From positions 618,807 to 682,806 of the forward strand of contig NW_005434655.1 of the NCBI RefSeq assembly GCF_000315625.1: DNA of 64,000 nt. Reading direction: 5' to 3'. Position numbers and translations under genes: made by a program. Positions 12,501 to 24,443 of the stretch are shown here, piece after piece. The notes below the pieces were generated by a model, which saw only the letters and a list, made by a program, of their open reading frames with translations, was not told the DNA's origin and did no database searches. How positions within the stretch are numbered: position 1 is the first letter of the stretch; each line of letters starts with the position of its first letter. This DNA comes from Guillardia theta CCMP2712 (taxonomy: Eukaryota; Protista; Cryptophyta).

Positions 12501-13430
12501 GGTTCCCGGCAAGTTCTACTTCGGTTTCTGTGAGGAAGTCATCAATGTGCTGAAAAAGGTCCAACAGCAAGTGACCTCTCCCTGTCTCTGACCCTCCGCT
12601 GCAGCTCGCGGGGCAAGAGACGAAGCAGAACGGGGGGCGAGGTCTGTGCAAGATCGAGTGGGACGATGCAAGCGGGTTGCCAGTGCTTCCCATCCAGGTG
12701 TGTCTGCTCATGACACGGGGGAACAAAATCGTCACGAGCCCTGCAGGTGGGCCATGGTTGTGTCATAGAAACCCTGGGAGAGATTCAGGTGCTGAACCTC
12801 CGCCGCCTCCTCCTCTGCCTGAGTTTCTTTCTCGGCGCAGGCTCGTCCTAACTGGCAAGACCCGGAGGGCTTGTTCTACTGGCCCAAGGGATTTGGTCGA
12901 TCGGAATCCTCCAGCAGCTGCCCTGCTGACTTTGTTGTTCTTCAGTCTCGAAGAGGAACTTCCCGTCGATGAAGCAGGAGGGCAAGTGCTCGTNNNNNNN
13001 NNNNNNNNNNNNNNNNNNNNNNNNNNNNNNNNNNNNNNNNNNNNNNNNNNNNNNNNNNNNNNNNNNNNNNNNNNNNNNNNNNNNNNNNNNNNNTCTCCCT
13101 CTCCCTCTCACTCTCCTCTCCTCTCCCTCTCCCCTCTGCATCTCCCTCTCCCTCTCCCCTCTCCCCTCTCCCTCTCCCTCTACCTCTCCCTCTCCCTCTC
13201 CCTCTCCCTCTCCCTCTCCCTCTCCCTCTCCCTCTCCCTCTCCCTCTCCCTCTCCCTCTCCCTCTCCCTCTCCCTCTCCCTCTCCCGCCTGATCGCCTTT
13301 CTTCTTCTCTCTTTTCCTCCTGTTTCTCTTCTCCCGCTTCGATTCAGCGGGTTCTGACTGTGCTCACGGTGTTCAGGTTATGCAACGTGTGAACAATCTG
13401 CGAGCTGCGAAGAGGCCACGGACAGGATGA
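9597..13430 (+). CDS. KDM5/JARID1-type H3K4 histone demethylase: JmjN-ARID-JmjC-C5HC2 zinc finger plus C-terminal FYR module; multi-exon, contains an N gap
   Basis: Jmj[31 protein letters not shown]; [37 protein letters not shown]; Jmj[67 protein letters not shown] with Fe ligands HxE..H intact; CHCC..YLSG zinc finger; FYRN-like exons at 12677-12993. First in-ORF ATG is at 9724 and the true start may lie upstream. Confidence 0.9.
12994..13093. other. Assembly gap (N run), followed by a (CTCTCC)n microsatellite to about 13286
   Basis: Run of N seen directly; other gaps lie at 32985-33084, 35539-36237 and 37598-37697. Confidence 0.99.
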
Positions 13431-14285
13431 AGAAGAAGATCACACGCTGAACCATTTCTCTCCATTACATGTGACAGTAAATTCTCTTTGCCAGTGGATT
13501 TCTTCTCAAGAGTAGCTGAATAGCGATGGAGGAAAGGATTCCCCTCCCTCATCATTTGATATCCGTCCGATCGCTCCTCCTTGCACAACATGCTCCAAAG
13601 TCCTGCACCGCCTCTTCCTCTTCCTCTCGCGCCCCCTCGTGCCAGGACTTGCTTCCGCTACGGACATGCATCTCGACTGACGTCGGCTTGAGCAGACTGT
13701 AGGCATCAGCCTAACGACCGTACCTTCAAGGCGAGCTCAGTGCCAACGGCCCGGCCGGCATCAGGCGATGGCCCGCGCATGTCTACCCGCCGATGATACT
13801 CGGTCGGACGGGACACGCCAGACGAACACTGTCTTGTTCCACCAAGGCCCTCACAGTACTAAGTCCCTTTACTCACCAAAAAAGTTGCCAGGGGGCATTT
13901 TAAGTTCACTGAGTCAACTTATGGCACTGACCCGGGCCCGCGGGGCCAGCACTCAGCAGTGACTACCGTACCGTGGCACCCGCTAGGCAGCAGCCGGCTG
14001 GGCCCGGCGCCGCTGGGGCCAGCGCTGGGGCCGCCGGCAGGCGGCCGCCGGGCTGGGCCCCCGGCTGGGCCCCCGGGGCCTGCCGTGGGTTTGAGCGGGG
14101 AGTAGGCGTCGGGCAGGTCCATTCCGATTGGCAAGTCTACCGTTGCGATGGCCGGAGGGCAGAGAAGACGGAGGATGCGAACGAGCGGGAGCATGCGAGA
14201 GAGGAGGAGAGGGTTAGTGGCAGGGAGTGTGAAGTGAGAATCTGATGAAGACGCTCTGGTGACTGATCGACCTTGAAAGCTCACG

Positions 14286-17200
14286 ATGTGGTCGTCACCA
14301 TCAAGAGAGAAGGGGAAGAGAAAGGGGAAGGGAGCATCGGCTCCGAGCTCCCCCGCTACCAGGAGAAGAGCTGATGCAGTTTCACCGGTGGCGGCAGCAA
14401 AGGCTGCGAGCAGACCTGATGACATGTCACCATCCATCATTGCGTATCACAAGATCAAACAGAAGCTTTCAGCAATCAGGGACAAGAGCTCCGACAAGCA
14501 CCGCACTCAGGTCGCTGTCCGCCTCTCCCCGACAGGCTGCACCTCAGGCAGCGACGAGGATGTGGATAAGTTCAGGAGAGGTGTGCACGTGCAAGACGGT
14601 CAGACGGTTCGAGTGTCTCTTCCCTTCCTGAACTCGAAGGAGTACAAGTTTGACAGCGTCTTCGACGAGACCTCTAGCAACCAGCGCGTGTTCGACACGC
14701 TCGTCTCGCCTCTTGTACACAAGATGATCGATGGCTACAAGTGTGTTTGTGTTGCTTACGGTCAGTCCGGAGCCGGCAAGTCTCACACCATGGGGACTGA
14801 CTCGTCGTCGCTCGACAGCGGATGCATCAGCCAAGCATGCCGGCAGCTGTTTGACTTCATGAGCGCAGACACCTGTCGATGTACATGGAGTGTCAGCGCG
14901 ACGTGCCTGGAGCTGAAGGATGATGCAGTCAGGGATCTACTTGAAGCTGATCCTGCGGACTCCAGGAGGGGGAGGCTCAGGGCTGCGGGGACAGAGGCCC
15001 TGAAGCAGGTGGCGCTGAGGTCGATGGAGGACTGCTCTCTGCTCCTTAGGATCGCGTGCAGGAGGAGGAGCAGGAGCAGCCGTGCCTCCTCCTCTCAGGG
15101 TCACACGGGCCACATGGTCTTGAAGTTCACACTCACTCGCACGTTGAGAACCTCGGAGGAAAACTTCCCTGACTCGCCCCAGCAGGTCGTCAGCAGCCTC
15201 ACCTTCGTTGACCTCCTAGGGTGCGACAAGGGCAGGAGCGAGGTGAGCTCCCCTGGGCCTCCCAAGCAGATGGACCCCTCCCTCTTCCACCTGTGGTCAG
15301 CCGTACACGACAGCACGGAGCTGGAGCACAACAGAGACTCGAGGCTGCTCCAGCTCATGTCCGACTGGCTGACTGGCAAGGCTCACAGCGTGCTCCTCCT
15401 CCACGTCTTCGTCTCGTCCGAGTCCATCCATGAGACGTCCAGCTCCCTCCTGCTGGGCAGGAAAGCCATGCTCATTCCCGCAAAGCCGAGCTGGAACGAT
15501 GAGAGCTTGGAGGTCACGAAAGTTTCTCAGATGGAGGAAGTCGAGAAGCTGCTGGAGAGTGAGCCGGGGAGCCCAGCTGAGAACAAGGTGCAGACTCCAG
15601 CAGGGGAAAGAAGGTCTAGGTCACCAAAGAGAAGACACACACCTCAGAGGATGCGCGGGAAGTCGCCCAAGGTGAAGAAGAGGATCGGGTACGGAGATTC
15701 TCTCGCTCTCTACCAGACCCTCGACGCCATCGACGCTGAGCTCCATGACTACGTGCAGCAAGAGATGAGCGAGTCGTCGACGAGGGACGTGACCACGTCC
15801 AAGGCCTCCTCCCTCAACCTCGACGACCCTCCCGAGGCTCCTCCACCGCAGCCTCCCGCCCCCCGCGAGGACGCAGCGAGGTACGAGAGGGTTTTGAGGA
15901 ACCTTGAAGATCTGCTTGATCTTCACTCGGAACGGTTCCGCATCTGCTTCCACAAGGCGAACAAGCGCTGGCGCAGCTTCTCTCAGATCCACAACGAGAT
16001 GGACTCCTTCTCCTCGGTGCTGCACCTCATGAACGACAGCTCGCAGACCGTCTACTCGTTCCCTCCCTCCATCCAACAAGCGGTCGATGCGATGGCGCGG
16101 GAGCAGTTGAGCAGGGAGGAAGGCGAGCCATCAGACGTGGAGGAAAGTGCTGGGCTGTTTGCCAGGATCCAAGAACGCATGCTCGGTCAAGGTTCGGATG
16201 CTGAACTTGAGAGACTTGTCTCTTCAGCCACGGTTGACTCTCGAGACGCATCAGCCAACCAGTCGTTGCGAGCTGGGAAGACACTAGAGGAGGTGGGCGG
16301 CAGCTGGCAGGGGCTCGAGGAAGACTCGCAGATGTCTGAGGCTGTCAGGAGTCTCACCACCAAACTTCTCCAGCTGCAGACCTTCCAGGCGACTTGTGAG
16401 CTAAAGTTCTGTAAGCTCTCTGTGCTGGGTGACCCGGAGGAGGAGGAGGAGGACTGCGAGTCGATCAGCAAGCTCCGGTCGCTCCTGCAAGCGCTGGAGG
16501 GATACTCGAGAGAGATGAACAGAGCTGAGTACGAGAGGAGCGCCGGTGCCATGGTCTGCGACTTCTTGGGACAGGTAGGGTTTAGGGGAGGAGGAGGAGG
16601 AGGAGGAGGAAGAGGAGGCGAAACATGACGAAGACGGGGACGAGGAGGTGGTGACAGACGTTGCGGCTAAGCTGCTGCTGGTTCAGGTTGCTGTGAACGA
16701 GAAGAAAAAAGTCGTCGAGCTGTCAAGGCTCCTGTCCTCAGCTCGAGCCCAGCTGAACGAGAAGGAGGAGGTGAGAAGTCTTATCGTGCCTTGTCTTTCC
16801 CTCAGGGTCCTTGCAGGCTCCCCGACACAGAGCAGCCGCACGAGGGGACGAGGACGAGCGCTTGGCGAGGATGGAAGCTGCTGTCAGCTGTCTAGAGGGC
16901 ACCATTGCCAACCTGACGGTCGTTGGCGAGAGAGGAGGAGAGGACTCGCTTATGTTGCTACAGGGAGCGATGAAGCAGCCAATGAAGTTTCGAAGAAGAG
17001 GGGAAGCGCAGGAGGAAGAGGAGACGGAGGAGGAGGTGGTGGTGGTGGAGGATGACGAGGAAGAAGTGGCGGCAGCGGCGGAGGTGAAGGGGCAGGACTC
17101 AATTCACAGCAATGAGCAAGAGGAGGAGGCGAGTGCGCCGAGAACGAACCCTGCGCTCCTGCATGGCGTCAGAGGCAACGCACAGGAAGAAGCTGAGGGA

Positions 17201-17381
17201 AGAACTATTTCAGAGGAGGAGGAGAGAAGGTTGCTGCAAGTGGCGAAGGAGGTCACGGCCAAGAGCGCGTCCTGTGCTCAACATTTCTACACGCGGTGAA
17301 GGAGGATCTGGGAGCAGGGATGCCGCTGACGATTGCGAGGATGGCAGGTGCTTCAACTGGTTTGCTATGGAGAAGAAGTAA
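14286..17381 (+). CDS. Divergent kinesin-like protein (N-terminal motor domain, coiled-coil tail)
   Basis: VAVRLSP, YKFDSVFDE..NQRVFD, P-loop AYGQSGAGKSHTMG, LTFVDLLGCD and RDSRLLQLMSDWLTG. Introns at about 16575-16686, 16771-16816 and 17297-17339; stop TAA at 17379-17381. Confidence 0.85.
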
Positions 17382-17838
17382 ACCTACTTGTCTTGTTTGC
17401 GCCATTTGACGGATGCGATCAGGAAAAACTTTCAGAAGAAGTTCCAGGTCGATGGGAAGCAATCGAAGTGTTTCCTGTGACGGAGAGAAGAGAAGGGAGG
17501 AGGAGGAGAGAGCTGAGATGAGGAGGGAGAAGACGGGAGAGAGAGATCAGGGAGCAGGATGGGAGTTTGAGAGGGGACGTGTGGAGTTTGTATCTTTGTA
17601 GGGCTGTATTATTTCTCGTGATCTTCAAAAACGTTTCAAATCTAAATAAGCATAACAAAAACAACTTGAAATAGTCGAGCACCACGTCATCCTCAACCAT
17701 TCTTTCCTCTTGTCCTCTCTTACCCTTTCCCTCGCGCTCCGCTGTTGATTCAAATACCTCCCTCCATCATCTCCAACCCCCCCCTTCCCTCCTCCCTTCC
17801 CCACCGCCAACACTCGCTTCCCCCTTCTTGATCTCCTT

Positions 17839-19479
17839 TCACTTTCTCTGCAAGCTCTCCAACACGCCGATCGCCTCCCTCAGCTTCGTCTTGGCTCTCT
17901 CCTTCCATCCTTGCTTCGGCTGCTCCGTCTCCTGCACCTTCACCACAGTCACTCCGACTCGTCCGCTAGCACAGAGCAGCAGTCGACACCTCAGCAGCAG
18001 CGGGTGACGACGGCGTCTGCTGCCGCAGGAAGCGGCCGATCTCAACGTAGGACAGGTCAATGTCCCGCTGAAGATCCTTCCATTTGAGGTCCTCCCTGCC
18101 AGCTGTCACCGGCCTGGGAGGACGAGGAGGAGGAGGACGAGGACGAGGAAGAGGAGGAAGAGGAGGAGGAAGAGGAAGAGGAGGAAGAGGAGGAGGAGGA
18201 GGAGGAGGAAGAGGAGAAGAGGAGGAGGAGGAGGAGAGAGGAGGAAGAGGAGGAGGTCGAAGAGGAGGAGTCAAGTCCCACCTGTCTACTTGCTCAAGGG
18301 CAGATTGTGCGGCGCAGATGATTCGTAAGTATTCGTCAACTCCTATCAGTTTGATGCGGAAGGCCTGACGGACCAAGTCAACTTCCTCCTACCCCGACCC
18401 TCCCCAACCCCCTGCTCCTCCTGCCCCCTCCACCCGCTTGTCCTCCTGCCCTGCTCCACCCCACTCTCCTTCTGCTCCCTCCATATCTCCCTTACCTTTC
18501 TCGCGGCCCCGACATACGTCCTGAAGTAGCAAACAGGCACTCCGTTGAGGTACCTACGACCCTGAATGACCTTCTGTCTCCCCCATTCTCCTCGTCCTCG
18601 TCTTTTCTCTTCCTCCTTCCTCGACATCCCCCTCCCTCGTCGTCCTCGTCCTCCTCTCTACGTCCTTCGTCCTCCTGCCCTGATCTCTGCTGTCTCTCAC
18701 CTGTCGATCGGCATGGGGATACCGTCCTCTCCTGCCTCCTTCCAGTCATGCTCCGAGACCACGTGGAAGAACATGCCCTTGACAAGCTCAGGGCAGAACT
18801 CCGCCATGCGCTCGCCACACTCGAAGTCGTACTCGCCAGTGTCCCCGACCAGCACGTAACGGGTCCTCTCGTCGTTCATCTCCTTGAGCTTCTTGAAGTT
18901 GTCGAATTTTCTCCATCCCTTCCTGAACTGCAGGATCCACTCCATGACGCTCCCGTACAGTACTGTCCTCTCACAGTCTACCCCCCATCTCGGCGACCCG
19001 ATCCCCCAGCTCTCGAACGTCTCTGTAGCTGCCTTCACATACTGCACGCACAGCTTGGTCTTGGGCTTGAGGGCGAGGAACAGCTTCAGCTCTCGAGCTC
19101 GAGCCGTGAGCACAGCGAGAGGAGCTGGCTCCTTGTTGGGAGGAAGCCCAAAGGACGCGAGCTCTAGCCCGAACTGGAAGACGCCTGGGTAAAAGTCTCC
19201 CCTCTTGTACTGCGTGTCAATGCCTCCCAAGGCAGGGCCAACCCGCCAGAAGAGACGAACACCTCCACTAGACTTGACCGTGTCGTCGATGTCTGTGATC
19301 ACTTGCACCCTGTTCTCTCCGTACTTCTCTCCCGCGGGCATGCTCGACATCGCCGGGGCCCGCTGCCTGGCTCCTGCTCGAGCTGTTTGACGATGGGTGG
19401 GCAGGGCGGCTGGGAGCCATGCGGAGATTGCTGGGAGGAGCCCAATGAAGAGGAGGAGAGAGAGATGACTTCTCATCAT
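17839..19479 (-). CDS. APP1-like (HAD-type) phosphatidate phosphatase with probable bipartite plastid-targeting presequence; multi-exon, 3' end approximate
   Basis: Motifs VITDIDDTVK, LAVLTAR and YVLVGDTGEYD match the APP1 catalytic domain pattern (ISDIDDTIK..IGDSGEQD). The N-terminus MMRSHLSLLLFIGLLPAISA|WLP.. is followed by an R/A/T-rich segment. Confidence 0.7.
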
Positions 19480-20155
19480 GCGGGCTGCGGCACTCCTCCT
19501 ACGACTCCTCTGCAACCTCAGTCGGTCTAGCGCAGGCGCACAACAGACGAGCGACAAGGGAGGGGATGGTGGCCCCAGGTGTCTGCAGGGCGACAGGTCA
19601 GTCATGTGAGAGGGGCAGGAGGGAGATGGAGATGGGTGTAAACCCGCTCAAAGCTCTCCTGCTCGAGCCTGGGAGCCTGCAAGCTAACAAGCGAAACTCC
19701 TCTACCCTCACCCGCATCTCACCTGCCCGTCTGACCCATCGTCCCACCTTCCTCCTTCGTTGATTGCACTCAGAACTGTTCTCTTCCTCTCTTGTCTTCC
19801 TCCTTCCCTCTCTCGCTCTCTCGCTCCTTGCTCTCCCCACCAGCAACTACTGCCATGGCCCCGGCCGGCCCATTTAGATGTATTTTGTTGAACTTTTCGA
19901 AAACTCTTACGGAACATTGTGCGGCTTTTTTCGCAAAAGTTCTACTTTGGGCCCCAGCAACCGTTACGAATGGTGTCCAAGGACGTTACGGTGAATCCGC
20001 GTCAGCGCCATGGGCGGGGGGTCGGTGGAGTAGGAGTAGGAGGAGGAGGAGGAGAAAGATGGAGGGATGGAGGGATGCGATGCAAGAAAGAGGACGTGAG
20101 GAGGGAGAGAGGATGATGTAACCTTGGAGAGAACAGCAGAGGGAGCAGCAGCAAC

Positions 20156-21076
20156 ATGGACTTCCTCTCTGCCGACAACCTGGCAGGACAGAACCTTCTA
20201 TCCATCGTGTCCAGAGGGTCTGCCATCATCGCCGAGCTGCTGCGTCTCAGTGACAACATCCCGTCGGTCTTCTATCTCGCCGACAAGGCTGACCAGGCCA
20301 AGTATGGGCCCCTCCTACATGACTTCTCGTACCTGCGGAACATGGAGCTCTACGAGAATCGGATCAGCTCGGACCCTCTCCTCATCGACCTCGACGAGGA
20401 GTTCCGTGAGAGTCACATGCAGCTGCTCGAGCGATTCTTCAAGCTGTTCGAATCGGTGTACAAGTACGTGAAGGACCTGACTAGATACCTGGAGGACGTG
20501 GAGGAGGGGGTCTACATTCAGCACAGAATCGAAGACATACTGGCAAGCGACAGCGGCAAGCAGCTGCTAGCAGAGGCCTACTACCTCTATGGCTTGATGC
20601 TCACCCTGATGGACAACAGGATCGAGGGTCCCGTCAGAGAGCGTATGCTCATCTGCTACTACAGGTACAAGGGGTCCTCCGACAGCCACAGTGCCGTATG
20701 CAACATTTTCCGCAGCTCGGGGTACCTTCCTTCCTCCCAGAAGAGGCCTCCTCGGTACCCCGAGGATTTCTTTGCTCGACTGGCTCCTCCGATCCCCGTG
20801 GCTCGGATGGTGATCAACAGGCTGCGATCCGACGATATTTACAGCCAGATGAAGGAGTGGCCGAACCCGGAGCATCGGTGCACTGCCTTGGCGACTCAGG
20901 CAGCGATCTTGTACATTATTCTCTTCTTCGTTCCGGACATCCTTCACAAGGAGTTTGCGACGATGAGAGAGATTGTCGACAAACACTTCTCTGACAACTG
21001 GGTGAGTGAAGCTACGGAGATGATGTCGATACAACGCAAAATGTTGTTGTTGTTGTTGTTGTTGGTGGTGGTGTTG

Positions 21077-21108
<32 letters not shown>

Positions 21109-21180
21109 GTTGGTGTTGTTGTTGGTGTTGTTGTTGGTGGTGGTGATGTGGTGGTGGTGGTGGTGGTGGTGTTGTTGTTG

Positions 21181-21212
<32 letters not shown>

Positions 21213-24158
21213 GGTGGTGGTGGTGGTGGTGGTGGTGCCTCTGGTAATCTGCTGGTGCTGCTGTCAGTTGGTGGTGGTTCAGTAGAGGAGAGCGATGGCT
21301 CCGACTTCTCGCTCATCTTCTTTGCCAGGTCATCTCCTTCTACATGGGTTTCGTCGTCGATCTCAGTGTCATGTGGGAGCCGTACAAGGCAGCATCCTCC
21401 GCCCTCAAGAACACGACGGAGACGAAGCTAGTTAAGGAGATCCATCGGACGCAGCTGGAGCGAGTGGAGGAGCAGCTGAAGCAGCTCAGCGAGTACCTGA
21501 CTGAGGGCATCTTGGTCGAGGAGTTCATCCTTGACCAGGGGCACAAGATCCTCAATTGCCTCCGGAACTCGAACGCAGCTATCCGCTGGACGATGCTGCA
21601 CCGGAACTGCAAGAACAAGAAGCTCAGGGACGTGATCAGCGCCGGGCCCAACCCCGAGAAGATCCTGCTGCTCCTCATGCGGACGGCCCAGCTGGAGTTC
21701 AAGGTTGGGGACCTGTATAAGGCGCTGCTGGAGGGGAAGGAGACGAGGTGGAAGAAGGCGAAGGAGGAGTGCGAGGACAGGCTGAGGGAGCTCTCGCACT
21801 TCTTCTCGGGGGACCAGATGCTGACGAGGGCAACGAAGGATGAGAAGCTCAAGGATTGGTTCGCCAGCCTTGCGGCTGAAGTCTCCTCCCTAGATCACCA
21901 GGACTCGACGCTGGCAGGGAGGAAGATGCAGCAGCTGGCAGCAGCGCTGGAGGACGTGGAGCAATTCCACCAGATCGAGACGAACTCGCATGTGAAGCAC
22001 TTCCTGGCGGACGCGCGGTCGTTTCTGAAGCAGATGGTGAGGATAGTGAACGTGAAGGAACAGATGCTCATTACCCTGGCGTCCATCGGGGACCTGAGCT
22101 ACGCCTTTGACATCATCTCCGACTACGTCCACCTCATGCACCAGCAGATCAAGCGGGACCCCTTCTCCGTCCTCCTCCTCCGCGCCACCTTCCTCAAGCT
22201 CGCGTCTGTGCTCGAGCTTCCACTGATCCGCATCAACCAGGCAGGGAGCGAGGACCTGACGAGCGTGGCCGAGTACTACAGCAGCCAGCTGGTGGCGTTT
22301 GTGCGGAGGGTGCTGGAGGTCATCCCGGTCAACGTCTTCCTCATCCTCAACGAGATCATTAGCGTGCAGACGAGCTCGATGAAGCAGATCCCCTCCCGCC
22401 TCGAGCGCGCGCAGCTCAAGGAGTACGCGCAGATGGAGGAGCGATACAAGCTCGCGCGCTCCACCCACCAGGTCTCCGTCTTCACCGAGGGCATCCTCGC
22501 CATGGAGAAGACGCTCATGGGGATCGTGGAGGTTGACCCGAAGCAGCTGCTGCAGGAGGGGATCCGGAAGGAGCTGGTGCGGCAGATCTCCATGGCCCTC
22601 CACGGCATCCTCATCTTCTCGAGCGGCAAGGTAGAGGAGTTCGAGATGCGCCTTGAGGAGCTGAGGAGAAACTTGGACGGGTTCCGGCTGTCGTTCGAGT
22701 ACATCTCAGACTATATCAACCTCTACGGGCTCAAGATCTGGCAGGAGGAGTTTACAAGGATCATAGACTTCAACGTGGAGCAGGAGTGCAACGTGTTCCT
22801 CAAGAAGAAGACCTATCCCTGGGACAGCAGGTTCCAGTCCACCGCCATTCCCATCCCCCTCTTTGCTCCCGTCGACGAACACTCGGTCTCCTTCGTCGGC
22901 CGCCTGCTCCGCGAGATCCTCCTGCAGACGGACTCGCACAAGTCCTTGTTCCTCACCTCTCACAGCGGCTGGTTCGACATGAGCGGCCGGGAGATCTTCG
23001 GCATCAGGACTTGCGCCATCCTGCACCGCAGCTTGGGCACAGCTGGGATCAGGGGGCTGGACAAGACCATCTCCTTCATGATCGTCCGCGATCTCAACGA
23101 CGTCATGCGCTTCTACCGCCGCCAGGTGCTCGAGGGCCTCAAGGTCCTCCTCCCCGAGCTGCAGAGCGAGCTGAACCCCACCACAACCCTCCCCGCCATG
23201 GCCGCTCGGATCTACAGCAACGCGCTCGCCCGCACCAGCCGCCTCTGGCCGTGGCTGTCAGATGTTCTCGCGCGCATTGGACAGGCCCAGCTGCTCCGAC
23301 GGCAGTTTGCGGCCGAGCTGAACTTCGTGGGAAAGTTGGACTCGGCGACACTCTCAGGTGAGGTGAACGATGAGCTGGGAGAAAGGTGGAGTTGGAGGAG
23401 AGGCTGGGGCAGAGACCGGGGCAGGAGGAGGAAGAGGAGGAAGAGGAGGAGAAGACAAGGAGGAGGAGGGAGAGTTGAGATGGAGGAGGAGGAGGAGGAG
23501 GAGGAGGAGGAGGAGGAAGAGGAGGAGGAGGAGGAGGAGGAGGAGGAGGATTGACGGGGTGAGAGAGGTGGGGGTGGAGTTGGGGATCTGAGGGCCTGCG
23601 GCAGGAGCGCTGGAGGTGATGAACCAGGCCCTCCTCAGCGACATCGCGATGCACTACAAGCAGCCGGAGACTCACGCGTACCCTTCGGAAGAGAAGCAGC
23701 TGCTGCCCCAGCTCGCTCCCTTCCTCGACGCCCTGGGGTTGTCGTCCCCAATGCTCAAGATCTACGTGACCACGGAGCCGCTGGAGGGGATCGCCTGCTT
23801 CATCGCCCTCTTCGTCATCTCCCTCGCTCCCATCCTGAGCTACAACAAGAAGCTGGGGACCCTGCAGGTTAAGGATCGCAACCTCACCCTCGACGGCTCC
23901 ACCATCATCGTCGGCGTCGCCACCTTCCTGCGGCAGTTCCACTCGTCGAACACCCACAAGTTCATCGCCTACCTCGCCCAGTACGTTCGCTGTCAGGTAA
24001 TCATCACCTCCAAGGACGCGAAGCTGCAGGAGCTCCCGGGCGAGGTCGCCAGCATCCTCATCTTCCTTGACGAGTTCTGCCGCTATGGGGAGATCAGCAG
24101 GTCGCTCGTCCGTCAGCACCTGCCCCCCTACGTGTTTGATAAGTTTCCTGTGCAGTGA
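20156..24158 (+). CDS. WASHC5: Strumpellin, WASH complex subunit 5 (3 exons: 20156-21001, 21329-23357, 23605-24158)
   Basis: MDFLSADNLAGQNLLSIVSRGSAIIAELLRLSD, REIVDKHFSDNW|VISFYMG, GIVEVDPKQLLQEGIRKELV and LKIWQEEFTRII are characteristic of strumpellin; the splice phases join in frame. Confidence 0.97.
21042..21236 (+). repeat. Compound (GTT)n/(GTG)n microsatellite in strumpellin intron 1
   Basis: Seen directly; intron 2 carries (GAG)n at about 23483-23549. Confidence 0.95.
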
Positions 24159-24443
24159 AGCCTGTAGCTTGTTCTGTCCCTCTTCTTTACTTTTATTCCT
24201 TTCTTATCACCATATACATCCCTCCTCCTCCTCCCTCCCTCCATCTATCCATCCACCTTCCCCCTCCTTCCTTCTCCCTTCCTCCCTCCCTCTCCCTTTC
24301 TCCCTCTTCTTCCGCGGCGTCGCCATGCTCTACCGCACGTTGGCTCTCCTCCCGGCCTTCGGTCCAGCTTTCTCTGCTGTCCATCGCGTGAGCAGGATGA
24401 GCAAACCGCTCGTCCCTTACCTGCTCTGGCCATGCTGGGGTTG

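Noticed and set aside
13506-13706. 66-aa minus-strand ORF between KDM5 and the kinesin
   Set aside because: It is short and has no motif; it would fit the alternating orientation pattern but is otherwise unsupported.
21002-21247. Poly-Leu/Val/Trp/Cys 'membrane' tail on ORF 20156..21247
   Set aside because: Read-through into a microsatellite intron; the strumpellin sequence resumes in frame at 21329.
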